In this document: positions 11,830 through 25,990 of the stretch, piece after piece
Position numbering within the stretch: position 1 is the stretch's first letter
Layout: each line of letters opens with the position of its first letter
Origin: Lytechinus pictus
Lineage: Eukaryota
Assembly: GCF_037042905.1 (NCBI RefSeq)
Contig: NC_087245.1
Location: 12,774,001-12,838,000 of the forward strand
DNA: 64,000 bases
Direction: 5' to 3'
Notes under the pieces: generated by a model
Told to the model about the DNA's origin: nothing
The model's database searches: none
The model's input: only the letters and a program-made list of their open reading frames with translations
Translations under genes and position numbers: made by a program

Positions 11830-14800
11830 CGAAGGCTGCCAGTCTCATCATGAAATGTTGCATATTATTTTGAAAGACAGAAAGATTGGGGCAGCCAAAG
11901 GTCTTGCCCTGTGCTCTGAAGCTAGAGACATACCTACAAAAAAAAATCCAGAAATTCATTTAATCAGAACATAGTTGGCAGAGGTGGTTTAGGCTGTTCC
12001 CACTGCTTTACTCTTGAGTTCCTTTCTGCTGCTATCTAGACCTTCCTCGGTGATGCGCATACGTAGTGTAGCACAGCAATGACCGTCGGTGAGAACAGCC
12101 TTCTATTGTGTGGGTACGAACTAGTGCTCTGTCTGTAAGGTTTATATCATGAACTCTACAGAACTGAATGTGAAATATGTGATATGCAAATGATACACAT
12201 CACTTAATATATTGGTAAGAATTACCCACACAAGTTGTCTTAAATAGTTAACTTCCCACACCTGATAGTTGAGGGTGTGTATACCATGTTGAAAGTACCA
12301 TGTGTGGGTCATTATGCCAGAAGAAAGTGATATGTTTTATTTGTTTTATGAACTAATGGTATGGATTATCATTGTTTGATAAATTGCCCTCATTTAAAAA
12401 TCATGACTCGTTATTATACTTACGATCGGTCATCACTTATCGTAAGTAAAATTTCATTCGAGGCAAAATGAGTGGATGGGCACACAAATGCTCCTAACCA
12501 ATGATTTAATGAAGAAACACTTTATGATCTCATAAATCCATTTTCTTTATCTATGACCAGTCACAAACAAATATACCATGGGATACTCTTCAATATGTGA
12601 AGAAATAATAGCCAGAAGATAAATGAACCCAAAGCTGACATTATAAAAACAAATGTGACATAGGCTTACCATTTATGAATTAATTCTGATATGAAGATAT
12701 TTGGAACCATACATTATAAACCATAGAATCAAAGTTATGTCAAGCTATTTTAATTTTGGGTATAAACTGAGTAGAAGCAAGGCTTGCACTTTGTTCAAAT
12801 CATGGAATTTTTCCTGACCAATTAAAAAATAATTTTAAAAAGACACATAATTTTATAACAAGGTACTGTACAAGAAATCTCTCATTAGAACATTTCCCGT
12901 TTTGTGGTAACTTTAAAAAACTTGAGTGGTATTGTAGGAATTTATTTTCTTCAAAATGTTCCATGCATTATGCTTCATTCCAGCTGGCATGATTTATCCT
13001 CTTGTGATGTCATTTTGCCATCACAATACTATTTTGATTTTACATACAAGATTTACTGCCTCACAACCCACAATAAATCACTAGGCAAGGTCTTCTGAAA
13101 TAATTTAAAATAGTAGTTTAGTCTTTATGAATCAAATTAGAAAAGAAGGCCAGCTCTTCTGGAAGAGGGATTCTTCTTTTACTTTCTGTCAGTTTGAATC
13201 CATTAAGTTAATTCAGGTACAAGAGTTTCTTTGATACCATTTCTTTTTCTTTGGACGGCTGAGAGTGATTCTTCAAATTTCAAACTTCCAATTTCTCATT
13301 CTTTTATCTCTCCCTAAAATCTTTCTGCATTGTATCAGAAATTAGTTGGGTTATTGTTAATCAATTTTGAAAAGCTATGTATCATTTTAAAGCCTATGAT
13401 CTACTCTTTCAATGAGAATTGATAAATATGAAGAAAAAAATGGTTAAAATGAAGGTGAGTGGTCTTGTATCTTTCAAGAGTGTGTAGATGACTCTCATTT
13501 GTAGTGATGAAAATTAATTTAATTGCCTCTAATTGAAGAATTCAGGAAATTCATGTTTAGTGTTCAAAATTTGATGGTATGGCTATATAGGAAATACACC
13601 TGGCAGTGTACAATTTCTTTTACTAGTTACACTTAATAAAACTGAAGATGCCAATAGTGTTTCGAGTGAGCATGGAAACCAATCGGTGTGGAGGACAGTA
13701 AGTCTAGTTCATATTACAATGTATGTACATAAGGATACTGTGATGTACATTCACACAAATCCATCCAAGCATCAATTTTATCCTTTTATTATGAAAAAAA
13801 AAGACAAATATTATGTTCATGAAAACAACTTGTATGATAAGAATAATACTAACTATTGTAATGGTTGTGAATTATAAATAAGTGAATACAGAAACTAAGT
13901 AAATGTTATTGTAAATATGGATTATATGCTTATTATTTGTATCATGTGTTCCAACATTTTTGTTAATCTTGTCTCTTTCATAGTTTTATTATCTCAACCC
14001 AGGTGTCTAGTATTTTCTCCAGTATATTGTTTCACATGTATGTAGTCGGAAGGCAACTCGTTTATTTACAGCACTTATAGTTGATCTAGTTATTTACGGG
14101 AAATGTGCCCTGGTATATGATAAATCAATCACTTTATGAAGTATGATAAGTAGGTCAGATAATTCTAGTATTTGATTTCTCTTATTTACAAGGGTAGTCT
14201 TTTACTCTTGTAATTTACAGAGTATCCTGTCACAGAGTGATTTTTTAGCATGTATACTCACATCTGATTAATAATTAGCAAGGTATATTACCATTGTAAT
14301 AAAAATATGGTCACAGTATGATAATGAATGTCAGGAAATTATGTTTCCAGGGTATCGTAGAAGGGGCTGTGGCACCCCAAGGAATTCAACCAAGACTTTT
14401 TTTCACTGTTGTTGATTGCACGTGATACCGAATTAACTTGCACTAATATGTAGGCTTGCTACTAAACATATATTTTCCTCGCAGGACTGCTTGCAACACT
14501 CTCAGTTGTTGACTTCAGCCATTACTCTGAACACCTAAACAAATTTAAGCAATATTGAGTTCTTATAATTATGTAAACATGTATTCATTTGACTTGACAA
14601 TTGTTAGTAAGCTAAATCATATGATCAATGTTTATACAGTTGTACATCCATTTGATTGTGTGTGCTTTGGTACAGTCAAATTGGGTTTTATTATTGATGT
14701 GAATCTTGAAGTCATGTTTTATTAGCTTTATTTATCCACATCAAAAAAAGGTAATAGTAAAGATGAAAAAAGAGAATAAGATACAAGAAAAATACATTAA

Positions 14801-15554
14801 TCATAAGAATTGAAATATGAATGAAGTCTTTGTATATAAGATTCTTATTGCCCTTTAATTTTAACATAACCTAGAATTGCGACTTTGTTCATTGGGGACA
14901 CTTGTTTAAAAGAAATTGTCATTTTTCTCTGTTGAATTTTTCTTTCTCATGTTATTGCTTCTTGAATAAGCTTTGTATTAGCACAGTTGTACAATATTGT
15001 TCAGGTACAAGATACTTCTTGTAGCAACATATTTATAACACTTTACATATATATACAAATCTGTCTTGGATTGACATAATAACTCTAGTCTGTATAATAT
15101 CTTTCTCTCTTCATTTATGCAAGATGTCCCATTTTGCATGTTGTACTCTAGTACATGATAATGCTAGTTAGTGTGAATCTCAAGCTTACTTTTCGATGAA
15201 ATGCTCAAGTTCATTATTGTTTATTTAATAATTCTTGCAAGAGGTGTTAACTTTTTATTATAAACTGTCGGACATTTATCGGTGAAGTCTAACCCTTCGG
15301 AAAAAAAATAAACCAACTATTTTCACTACTGAAATATGTGATAACTGGGCAATGTGTACTTCATACTTGCATTATCAGATGAGGTAAGAAAGGGTGCTTT
15401 ATCTGTACAAATCTATTGAATTAGCACCCTTTAGTTCCTGATCTGGGTGTAAGATACTCTTCAATAAACCAATTTCCAGTAAAAATGGGCAGTGTCTACT
15501 AGAATCAATGTTGATTAGAAATGCAATATCTACATCTAGAATGGATTTTTTTAT

Positions 15555-15715
15555 CAGGGGCCCTGTTTCATAAAGTCACAACTGTTGTGACTTTGCCATA
15601 ATGGCAACTACCATGGCAACAGGGCTCAGCAGCCAATCAAAATCAAGGTTACCATGGTAGTTGCCATAATGGCAAAGTTACAACAGTTGCAAGTTCTTTA
15701 TGAAACGGGCCCCTG
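15555..15715. mobile_element. Palindromic MITE, PIF/Harbinger-like termini; second copy at ~59418-59576
   Basis: GGGCCCTGTTTCATAAAG ... CTTTATGAAACGGGCCC with CAG/CTG flanks. Confidence 0.7.
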
Positions 15716-17000
15716 AAGTATGCTATCAGTAGTACATATTGGAAGATACAAATTCCATTTATGTAGTTTGTATGAATGGCTAACGTTTGCTTGATGTGAA
15801 AGAATTGTCACTGTGCCGTCCTCAGTGTACCGGTATATGTTAAATTGCCACATCTTGTTTTGGATGATGTGTAGCTGGAGTCGTACGTTGGTATAAAGCG
15901 ATGTAAGTATATGAAAGATGGTCTCGGATGCCTGTACATCTGTTATTATTCATGGGAAAAAACTTAATATATCTAATACAAGATTATTTTTGGATCATGT
16001 TGCAGTCATGATATTTTAAGTCATCAGCTTGAGGTTTTATAAAATTGTGTAGAGTCAAATATCGTTTTTTTTTTTTTTTTTTTTAAGAGAAGGCTGGGGT
16101 TTGAATCATCCCAATAATTCTGTCATATGAACTTATTTTATGAATGTACTTTATTTGTAGGAGTACTGCGATGCAGTATACATTTTCAGCATGTCAAAAC
16201 TGTTGAGTAGAATAGGCTGAGCTGCTGCTGCTTGGCGGATACTGTAGTTACAGGGAAACTTTGGGACTCTCTTGGCAAACTATAAAGCCACTAGACACAC
16301 ACTGGTCTAGTAAAAGTACACTGTCTTGTGAGTGTGCTCATTAGTCAGTGTATGTACTGTGTTAGGAGACATGGCTACACTTTGGCTAGAGGAAGAGGTG
16401 ATAAGTTGATATCGCATCAGGCAAAACACCAAAGTGTAGCCATGTCTCCTAACTGGCTAGAGGAAGAGGTGATAAGTTGATATCGCATCAGGCAAAACAC
16501 CAGTTAGTGTCTTGGGGTCAAGTTAGCCAAAATGACACAGTAAATTTCCTTTCTGTAATGTGGATTAAATCTTTGGGTTTTTTTTTCTTCTGCTAAGCCA
16601 AAATTATAGGAATGCTTATAAACAGTATATATTATGACTTCATAAAAAGCAAGGGCAATTTTTAGACTCCTTTATCGCTTAAAAAGTAAACATTTCCAAC
16701 TTTAAAACTTATTCAATGTATTATTTAGTCCTTTTGTGTTGTTCCTAAAGCTGTGTAGCTTATTACTACATCTGGAATAACTGGGTATGCTTTCAGTTTA
16801 TATAATATATAAAGTATAGACAGAGGTTGTTATTCTGGTTTGTAATTTTCATTATCATTTTGTTATTGTGTAAAGTTGATGATCATGCCTGTTTTATCCC
16901 AAAAGATGAAGATGTAATTAAAGAAAATGGATGAATACGTAATATGTGTATACTATTTACCATGTACAATGGCATATGTGTACTCTATTCACAGTGCAAA

Positions 17001-17011
17001 AATAAAATAAA
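17001..17011 (+). promoter_or_regulatory. Candidate Rab5 polyadenylation signal (would imply a ~5.2 kb 3' UTR)
   Basis: Overlapping AATAAA hexamers followed by a T/GT-rich tract. Other AATAAA copies exist upstream. Confidence 0.35.
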
Positions 17012-17861
17012 ACAATTTTGCTATGGAATGATTTCATTTTTTTGTTCTGTTTGTCCACCTACAGGCTCATATTCTAAAGTCTGGTTTCACTTACCGTTGT
17101 CTAACTGCTAAAATTTTGGGAAGTGGAAAATGTAAGAAATTTGCATACATTGTATATTTCTAATATTTGCTATGCTCTAGTCATGCTTTAATGATGAAGA
17201 AAACCGTTTTAGATATTCCAGATAATGAGCAGATAAATTGAACCTGCACAGTAAGATATGTGTGCCACAATTGGCTATCCATAGTTAAACCAAACTTTAG
17301 ACCAGCACTTAAATTAAGCCCGATTTTAGAATACTATACGGACCACAGAGTTAGCTCAATTTCATATTTTTGTTATAACAATGTACTGCCTAAATGTTCA
17401 ACAGTTTTATCTTAACCCTATCTAGGCCAGGTTATTTTGGGAGATCATATGGCCAACATAAAAATGAAATCAAAAATGAAATCCATGATAAGGTGAATAA
17501 GATATAAATCATTTGCCCATGCTGAAAAAATTATCTGCGATTCACGATTTCCCCTTTTTTGGTGGGACACACTGTAATACAAATGCATGTAAATGAATAC
17601 ATCAGCTTTGTGAAATGTCAAGATTTAAATTTAATCCAGAAAGATCTGCACACAAACAAATCATTTATAGAATCTAAATATTGCATAAAAAATTGTGTTT
17701 TTTTTTATTGGAAAAGGACGGAAATAGGAACTCATGACAAAATTTACAACATAGAATACTAGAAATTCAATGCCAAAATAGTGAGCATCATAGAGATATA
17801 TAATTATATGCACAAGCACTCAGTCACTTTACACACATATTTTACTTGAAATTGAAAAGGC

Positions 17862-18137
17862 CAGGGCCCCATCTAACAAAGAGTTACGATTGATCCAATC
17901 AATCATAACTATGGAAATCATAACATCGGTGTCATAATTTTTTCTACAGGAAATTTGCAGAATGTCCTTTGTAAACACAGGCAAACGCACCAAATTGTCA
18001 AGAAAATGATGAATGTATGAATATACATCATATCTACAATTTTTTTTTAAAGGTGCATTTTAGAGGTAGGCATTGCAGGCTTTCCATAGTTGGGGGTTGA
18101 TCAGATCAATCGCAACTCTTTATACAACAGGGCCCTG
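17862..18137. mobile_element. MITE with GGGCCC termini; related copy at ~62088-62293
   Basis: CAGGGCCCCATCTAACAAAGAGTTACGATTGATC ... GATCAATCGCAACTCTTTATACAACAGGGCCCTG. Confidence 0.6.
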
Positions 18138-19138
18138 ATTAGGATAAATGTCCTAAAATTGGTAAACTATGGAATGTATGCTGACATTACTCTTGCATTA
18201 TTTGCACACCCGAGTAATAACTTGTAGACATCAATATCTCGTTCTGTATATAATGGTTTGTCCATATAAAAAAATGTGTGCTTGCGACCAAAGTTCTTGA
18301 AACTGCAAAGTTCACTCACCCTGAACAATTTTTTTTGAGGGAATGAATGTTTTGGAAGAGCAAATCAGTGGAACTTTGCACCATTCAACGTTGCTGCAAA
18401 CACCAACCATTTACAGTTAAAATGAATTGAATACCTTCAGAACAAGACCCATCCCAGTTTAAATCATTGCTACCATTCCTTGCAATACAGCATTTTAGAA
18501 TTTCACAGAACAAATTCCTCCTAGGTACCTATTTGCAATGCCTCGACTAAATGTGGCATATCTAAATTAGTGATGATAGGATTTGAACCCCAAACTCCAT
18601 TCGTACTAAGATGACTTGGTCACTTGACTCTACTACTACACATTGATGATCTTTATACTTTTAAAATGACCTTTTACTAAACATAGAGGGGGCAGTGCTA
18701 CTCAAGGGAGTGTTGTTTGAGAATATTTCTACGAGCAATTTTTTGGGTGGTCTTCATTGACAAACTTCATTTGTGGAATGAAAATATTTGCTTGGTAGAA
18801 ACAATAACATAAAATGACTGTTTTTGATTGACCCCATTCTGTTAGTCAACCATTAGCTTGTTCAAATTGTGCTTATTTTTCTGTTATTCTATTCAAAACT
18901 GAAATCGGGATCATTGCTCAAAACAAATACTAAATTTAAAGAGAGTATACAATTGTGGATATATCCTTTGTGGAAAGTTTTAAGCACAAACTGATAATAA
19001 AAATAACATTCTGTTTGACAGAATAGAAAACAATACACAGGATAAAATCTTAAGCCAGAATATTTCCACTTGTAAATTTGTTGCTTAAAATATATGTAAA
19101 TCAATTTTAATTCTTACCAATATACTGATAGATATTAT

Positions 19139-19553
19139 CAGGGTGCTACAACATTTTTAGAAGCACTTGCCCTTTCGGGCAAGTACATTTTTAAATAGTT
19201 GGAATATACTTGCACGAAAATCTTTCTCACTTGCCCGAAAAAATCCTTGAAAAAAAAGTTTTACCTCTTCAAAAGAAAGTATTGCGATTTCATAAACCAT
19301 TGACCTTTTTTTCTCTTTTGACATGAACTGATCTACCTTTATTGCATTTCTTTTTCCAAAGTGATTTTATTTTGCCCGCCATGATCAAATTTAGGGTCGA
19401 TAAATCATATCGACCCTAATTTTGGTCATTCTACTCTGAGAATTTTGCTTGCCCAATTCGGGTAAGTAGAGTTTATCTTTACTTCAGAACACTTGCCCGA
19501 CTCTAACTTTTACTTGCCCAGGGCAATCGGGCAAGTGCTTATGTAGCACCTTG
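19139..19553. mobile_element. MITE with CAGGG termini (hAT-like)
   Basis: CAGGGTGCTACA ... TGTAGCACCTTG with multiple subterminal ACTTGCCC / GGGCAAGT motifs. No clean TSD. Confidence 0.6.
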
Positions 19554-20659
19554 TACATCATCTAACTAACTCCTTAAAATTCACAAATGTTAAGAAAAGA
19601 ATAAAAGTTTGCACATTAAACACACACATGTAAGTCCCACCCTGGCATGAATACAGGGGACGAAATTGGACGGAATACTATGAATATAATAGCAATACTG
19701 CATCTGGCAAAAGCAGAACAATTGTATTTCTCTGAACTGAATGCCAAAAGGAAGATCCTCCCCAGTATCCTAAAATGGTACTTTGCTGCAGAAATTATTA
19801 GAGCAAAAACAAAAACAAACAAAAAAATAATACTGATTTACAAATTAGTGGGTGTTCCTACTCTTACTGATCAAGTTCTGCCAGAAAATGAAATTGATTC
19901 ATTTCATTCTAGAGTGAGGACATGCTTTTCAGAAGCCAAGTTATTTAAAAGTCATTTGGAGACTTCATTGTCTGGTTTACATAGTACATATCCAAACACT
20001 TTATATGTGCTTGCGTGGTTAGGCAAATTATTATTTACAAGGGCATTTTGATATTGATAATAAGCTTTTGTCTGATGCTGTAATCTAAAAAATATTTTCA
20101 GAGGTGCATAATGATCATTACCCCTTTTTCAGCTGAAGTTTCCTTTTTAGCTTAAAGCATTCTCCAAATTTACATGCTCCCTTGGCAAGGTAACCCTTAT
20201 TCCTTGATATGGCATAGTCATTAAGATTTACTGCATTGCTTTGGTCAATATTCTTTCATTCAATTTCCTGTTTTTCCTCATAATATACTAGTATGATTAT
20301 GAAGTGTTACAGTGTAAGACTGGAAGATCAAACTAAATGCTCTTTGATATAAACTATTTGACATAAGCCAAACAGTTTAAAAAAGTTAAGTGGCATGTGA
20401 CACATAACTAGCATTGAAAAGCAACTCAGGGGGCATTAATTGAAACTTGAAAATCAGTAAATCCAAAGTTGAACATAGGAATTTGTGTTTGATTTTCAGG
20501 CATTTTAGACATTCAAAATCATTTTTTGTGAAACAGGCTAATAAATTAAATATATATTAATTTCTGCATTTACAAACTTGTCTCACGTAAGGATTCTTTA
20601 AAAAGCAAAAATTAAAATGAATGATATACTTCATACTTCCAAGTTTTGAATTGAGCAAT

Positions 20660-21735
20660 TCACAATTGGCAACCATGAAGAAGAATGACCATAATAGTGA
20701 TATTATCCCTTGAGCCAGCCAATAAGGCACTCTGAACTAGTCTTTCACTGATCATTTCCGCAGTTAATCTATACTCTTCCTTCTTATCTACAATACTACG
20801 TCCATCGGAAAGCCGGGACTTTGCATAGAAGGTGTGGAGCTCTGTCAGAGTTTCAACATCTGCTTCATTCCCATCCTCACAGAGTGCAGAAATCAGGCTT
20901 TCAAAGTCTGTCTTCATGCTTGCATTGTCGTTGAATTCTTCCTTGTAGTTTTTCATGTCAGAGACCGTCTCGTTTTCGCTCTCTGCCTTAGCATCCACAA
21001 CACCTTTCACCCTGATACTTTTCTTCTGATTGTTCCCTTCATTGGATGTTGTTTTCTGATGATCATCAGTGTCCTTATCAGTAAGAGGTTCATTCCAGTT
21101 TATCTGTGACTTGCTGTTGGCATCATCATCACCATCATCTTCATCATCGGCATCCTCCTTCAATGACTGAAGTGGATTTCTAAACTGCTTCTTCTGGACA
21201 TTGGCCTCGTCTCCCTCAGCAGCATCTATGTCAATGACTGATGATACTGTATTGTCAAATCCTGCCTGGTCGTAACTGGTGCCCAACCCTGTCACATATG
21301 ACTCACCAAGGAAATCCTCTCCATATGTTGTATCGTCTGACAACCCATAGCCACCAAATCCGTCCGGAACATTCTCCGCCTCTGTTCGTGACTGGCGAAT
21401 GGCAAGGGTCTGCTTGACCAATGAGATGACCTCCTCATCGGTCAGTACATCCCACAAGCCACAGGATGCCATGACAATAAACTCAGCATGCTGATCAATC
21501 TTGATGCTGGTTGTGTATGGATCAGGGATGACTGCCTTCTTGAGTTGTGGGTCTCCATAGTTACCTAGACCTCTTGTGGTGTCCAGGATGCCATTGACCC
21601 GCCCATTTGGACCCCCTGCATGGATTGATGCACCTGTCTTCTCCACACGTGACCTCTCCTGTTGATTTCCAGGAGTGTGATCTTTTGATAGACTATATGC
21701 CTTCCCAGCTCTGCAGAGGACTGCTTGGGTATTTC
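20660..21735 (-). CDS. PP2D1: PP2C-like domain protein (PP2D1 type), last coding exon
   Basis: TTTTAG acceptor. In-frame splice gives ANAG|NTQAVLCR, then DHTP..ERSRV, TTRGLGN, MASCGLWDVL and GSRDNIT. Joined CDS is 2349 nt (782 aa). Confidence 0.9.
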
Positions 21736-22375
21736 CTAAAACATATGAGGTAACAAATTCATACAAGAAATTAATCCCTCTCTTGGGTTTAATAAACTAA
21801 ATCATACAAAGAATACTTTACCAAATAATGAAAATTACCCAAATGGCATATTATTAAGAGACAATTTTCAATAACGACCTTAATCACATTTCCCCCTCTT
21901 CTTTTAATTTTGGTTTCATTATTCTTCTGATATTATTCCAGAGGGAATTAAACTTGCAAAAAAATATAATGTGAATGCTTAAAATACTGCTGCTGATTTG
22001 GCATTGCATAATTCAATCTTATTTGGTTCAATTGGTTGACATTAAAAGTCCTAATTAAAATAATTTAGAACATGTAAATAAGAAGCATAGCCAACAAAGA
22101 CTAGAATAATTAAATCAAACTAGATATCATGTTCACTCAAATATGATTTATGAGCTCTGTCAAAGGTATTGTGAAACATACAGACAAGATTAAACATGTA
22201 CATGGAAAGCGAGATAGTTCCTTCCAAGTGACCCAATCGGGTGAACGTTATACAAAACCATCTAGTGTAGTTCACACCAAATAGTTTGATGTAAAAGCCA
22301 ATGATCAATCACTTATCTGTAAGGTTTCATTCCACTGCACTACCTCTCATCAAAACAAGTAATGAATTCACTCAC

Positions 22376-23648
22376 CAGCATTTGCAATGTGCAAAACACC
22401 AAGCTCTTCCAGCAGAGCATCATCTTCTTTGGTTTCCTTTTCTGGATCCTCTGATGCACTGCCTTTTTCACCCTCTTCAGTCTCCTTCTCTCCATCTTTC
22501 TTTTCTTCTGTTGCTTCATTATCATTTGGAATGTCTTTATCTTTATTACCAACTTTGTTTCCATCCTTTCCATCCTCAACTCCAACATGTTCCTCACTAC
22601 TTATGAGAAGAGACAGAGCTGAACATCCACTCCAGCGAACCAGTGAGGTTTCATTAATTCCATATGAAAGATACTGATCAAGATATAGGTAGGTATTATG
22701 GTAAGCCTGGGAAACCTTCTCATACTCAGGATTTTTATTTTTCTTCTTTCGCATAGGCCTGTCTCTCTGTGATAGCTGGCTGTCATCATTGCTTATCTTC
22801 ATCAGGTTGCTCTCACATGTATGCATGATCTGTTGGATGATGTTGACGCTTTCTTCATGTAATATGTGACGGATGCTGTCACTCCGCACGATAGGAGAGC
22901 CTCGCTCAAGCTGATAGTCCGTCAGATCATTCTTATCGGCAAGGTTAACGGCGCAAGTACAGGAGACCTTATCATCAACCTTCTGAAGCTCATTAAGGAA
23001 GACATGGTGAAGGTCATTTGCAGCTACGTCTGCAGCAAACCTACCATTATAGCCATCATAAATACCAAAGAAACATTTGTTAACATCATTGCCATAATAG
23101 TCTTGGAATACTCGGGTATCCTCCATCTTTGACTTCCAACGGCTATTATCATTGGAGCAAATTCCCACTGCCCTCACACATGGGGCGCTGCAGTTCAGAG
23201 ATATACCTTGACAGTCATAGATGAAATTCTCCTTACTGTGGATCAGTTCTTCATAAGTTTCCTCAAGATGGGATTTTACAAGCTCAAAAGCCTCATTGAT
23301 CTTCTGCAGCCTGTTCAAGGATACAGGTCTGTCTGGGTTGCTTTTCTTGTTTAAAGCAACCATGAGCTCTTGTCTCTTTTTGAGCAGGCCCTTCACACTT
23401 TCAGGTTGTTCCTTGCCGGTGTAGCCAAGCACAGTAAGAGCACTGTGGAAGTTCCTGTGTTCTTGGGTGGCTCTTACACTGATGAACTCATGGCATTTCT
23501 CACAGAATATGCTGATATCTGGGTCATTAGGCCTATCAGTTATCATTGTCTCTGGGGTTGGTGGCCGAACAAGATGACGGGTCTTGATCTGAAGGACAGA
23601 AGGGGCCACACCCCCACCTCCAGACACAGAGGAAATATCACTGCTCAT
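22376..23648 (-). CDS. PP2D1: PP2C-like domain protein (PP2D1 type), first coding exon
   Basis: Inside ORF 22368..23729. Acceptor AG at 23665-23666 (minus), first ATG at 23648 (start inferred). Has a CxxC..H..H motif and PP2C motifs KMED, FFGIYDGYNG, GCSA and LHIANAG. GTGAG donor after 22376. Confidence 0.88.
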
Positions 23649-24809
23649 CTTGGTGCTATGGGATCTAAATGAAAAACACATATATATATGTATATATTTA
23701 ATAAAGGCCACACCTACAACATTGTTCATCTCAGCATAGAAAATCTATTACTTTCAAATAAGATTTATTATCAAAAGAAGGTCATCTGAGGTAGCAAGTT
23801 CAAATCAAAAGTATAACAAACTATAAGTATAAGATCTGTCAGTGTTGCATTTTGTCTGGTTGGGATAGAACTATCCTCACCCAAGAGAATTCTGCTTAAT
23901 AGACAAAACAGCCCAAGATCCTGAGACAATATCTTCAAACCATTTTTTTTTCAACTGTATACTGGTGGATTGCCTCATGAAATTTGAAGATTGGTAAAAG
24001 GGGTGATGCCTTGCTAGATAATGGCTCACCAGTCACAAACCCTTTAAACAACTTGTCAGGGCACATATTTGATACTTAAGAAGTAGGCCTACTTTAGTCA
24101 GACTGCAGGTCCCTATGCTAATGTGCTAGCAAATGAGCAAGATTTATCAAAATCCTCTTGTGGCTGAATTTACATCAATGCAACAAAATCTTGTGAATTG
24201 TGAGGCTTTCTTTCTCAAGAAATTAACCACTTTATCTCATGTAAAATTGAACATTTTGTACCATATGAAAATGTTACTCTTCTATATTGGTAATTTCTTT
24301 AAAAAAACATTTTGATAAATTAAAGAATTTCAGGCATGAAAAGATGACTCTAATTGTGCAAAACCTTTACTTTGAACCCGAATACTATCTATATCATCAG
24401 AAAGCTCAAACTCTGTACTTTCTCACAATATCACTCTTGATATGTGGCACCTTTTAGATGGCGCAAGAGCCATCTTTCCCATTAAGATACAAGACAAGAT
24501 TTCTGAAATTTCTGAGTAGCATTAAATCAAGAGTTCTGGTTGGCTAAATAATGCTTCAAAACAACAAGCGCAGGTAATTTGAAGAGATTACCAAATAGTG
24601 AGTGTGACTTTGGAGAGGCCCCAGCATGGAAACCGTTGGATTTTGGGTGGGTGTGTTGTATCTTTCACCAATCAGAGTGCAGTATTCTTGTTTGCAAGCT
24701 GTTAAATGAACTTGGCCTATGAAAAACTGGAAGCTGACTCATCTAAAATACCTCTTCTTATAAAACCTATATCATATCAAAGCTTAGATCTTCAGCTTTA
24801 TTTAAAACT

Positions 24810-25990
24810 CATTTGGGCTCAAACTAACACATCAATGATGTGGAGCTCATCTGGCATCTTGCAACAAAATTTAACACAAATTTTAATTTCAGCCCAGTTG
24901 ACGCTGTAGTGAATTATATTGGTGACATAAATTGAGGAAACAATTGAAATTGATGAAGAAATGTCAGAGAAGCATGTTTATTTGATTGATGAATAAATTT
25001 CATATAAAGTAGCATAAATAATTTTCTTGTCAAAATGTCTAAATTCTGTGTAGAACCTTGGTGAACCTCAAGTAGCTCTCAGATGGAACAAAAAACTAGC
25101 ACATCAATGATGTGGAGCTCATCCAGCATATTGTGACAAATTTTAATAAAATTTTCCATTTCAGTTCAGTTGACACTATAGTAAATTATTATCCCTGAAT
25201 TATATTTGTGACATAAATTGAGAAAGCAGAATTGAAATTGATGAAGAAATGACAAACAAGCATTTTTGGTGATTAATGAATAAATTTAGTAGAAAATTAG
25301 CATAGATAATTTTCGAGTCAAAATTTCTAAATTATGTGTAGAACCTTGGTGAACCTCATGCAGCTCTCAGAGACTCAGATGGAACAAAAATAAAATCAAA
25401 ATCAGTTAAAAAATAAGCATTTTTTGTGAGTTTTGAAAAATATGCATAAATTAGCATATTTAATGAGTTTCAACATTTTGTGTAGAAATTTTGTATCCCC
25501 ACCTAGAGCTTTCATATAAAGCAAACAAAATTGAAATTGATCGACAAATGAAGGAGAAAAGCATTTTTTGTGATTTATGAATAAATTTTGCATAAATTAG
25601 CATAAATAATTTTCTAGTCATATTTTTCAAAATTCTGTGTGGAAGTTTGGTGAACCTCATGTAGCTTACCAGATGGATGAAAAAAAAATCCTAATTAGTC
25701 AACAAATAAAGAAGAAGCATTTTTGATGATTATGAATAAATTTTGCATAAATAAGCACAATTTTCTAGTCAAAATTTCAAAATTTGGAGTACAAGTTTGG
25801 TGAACCTCATGAAGCTCTACTACATGTAGATGGAAGCAAAAAAAAATCAAAATCGGTCAACAAATAAAAGAAGCATTTTTTGTGAATTTTAATGTGCATA
25901 AATTAGCACATTTAATGAGTTTCAAATTTCTTTGTAGAAGTTTTTAATCCCCCACCTAGTGACTTGAAATGACGAAGAAGCATTTTGAAA
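24810..25990. repeat. Degenerate tandem repeats (~180-310 bp), probably transposon-derived, in the PP2D1 5' intron
   Basis: Recurrent TGGTGAACCTCA, CATAAATTAGCATA and GAAGCATTTTT blocks. Confidence 0.55.

Noticed and set aside
20834..23672. Plus-strand and alternate-frame ORFs overlapping PP2D1
   Set aside because: They are shadows of the real coding exons.
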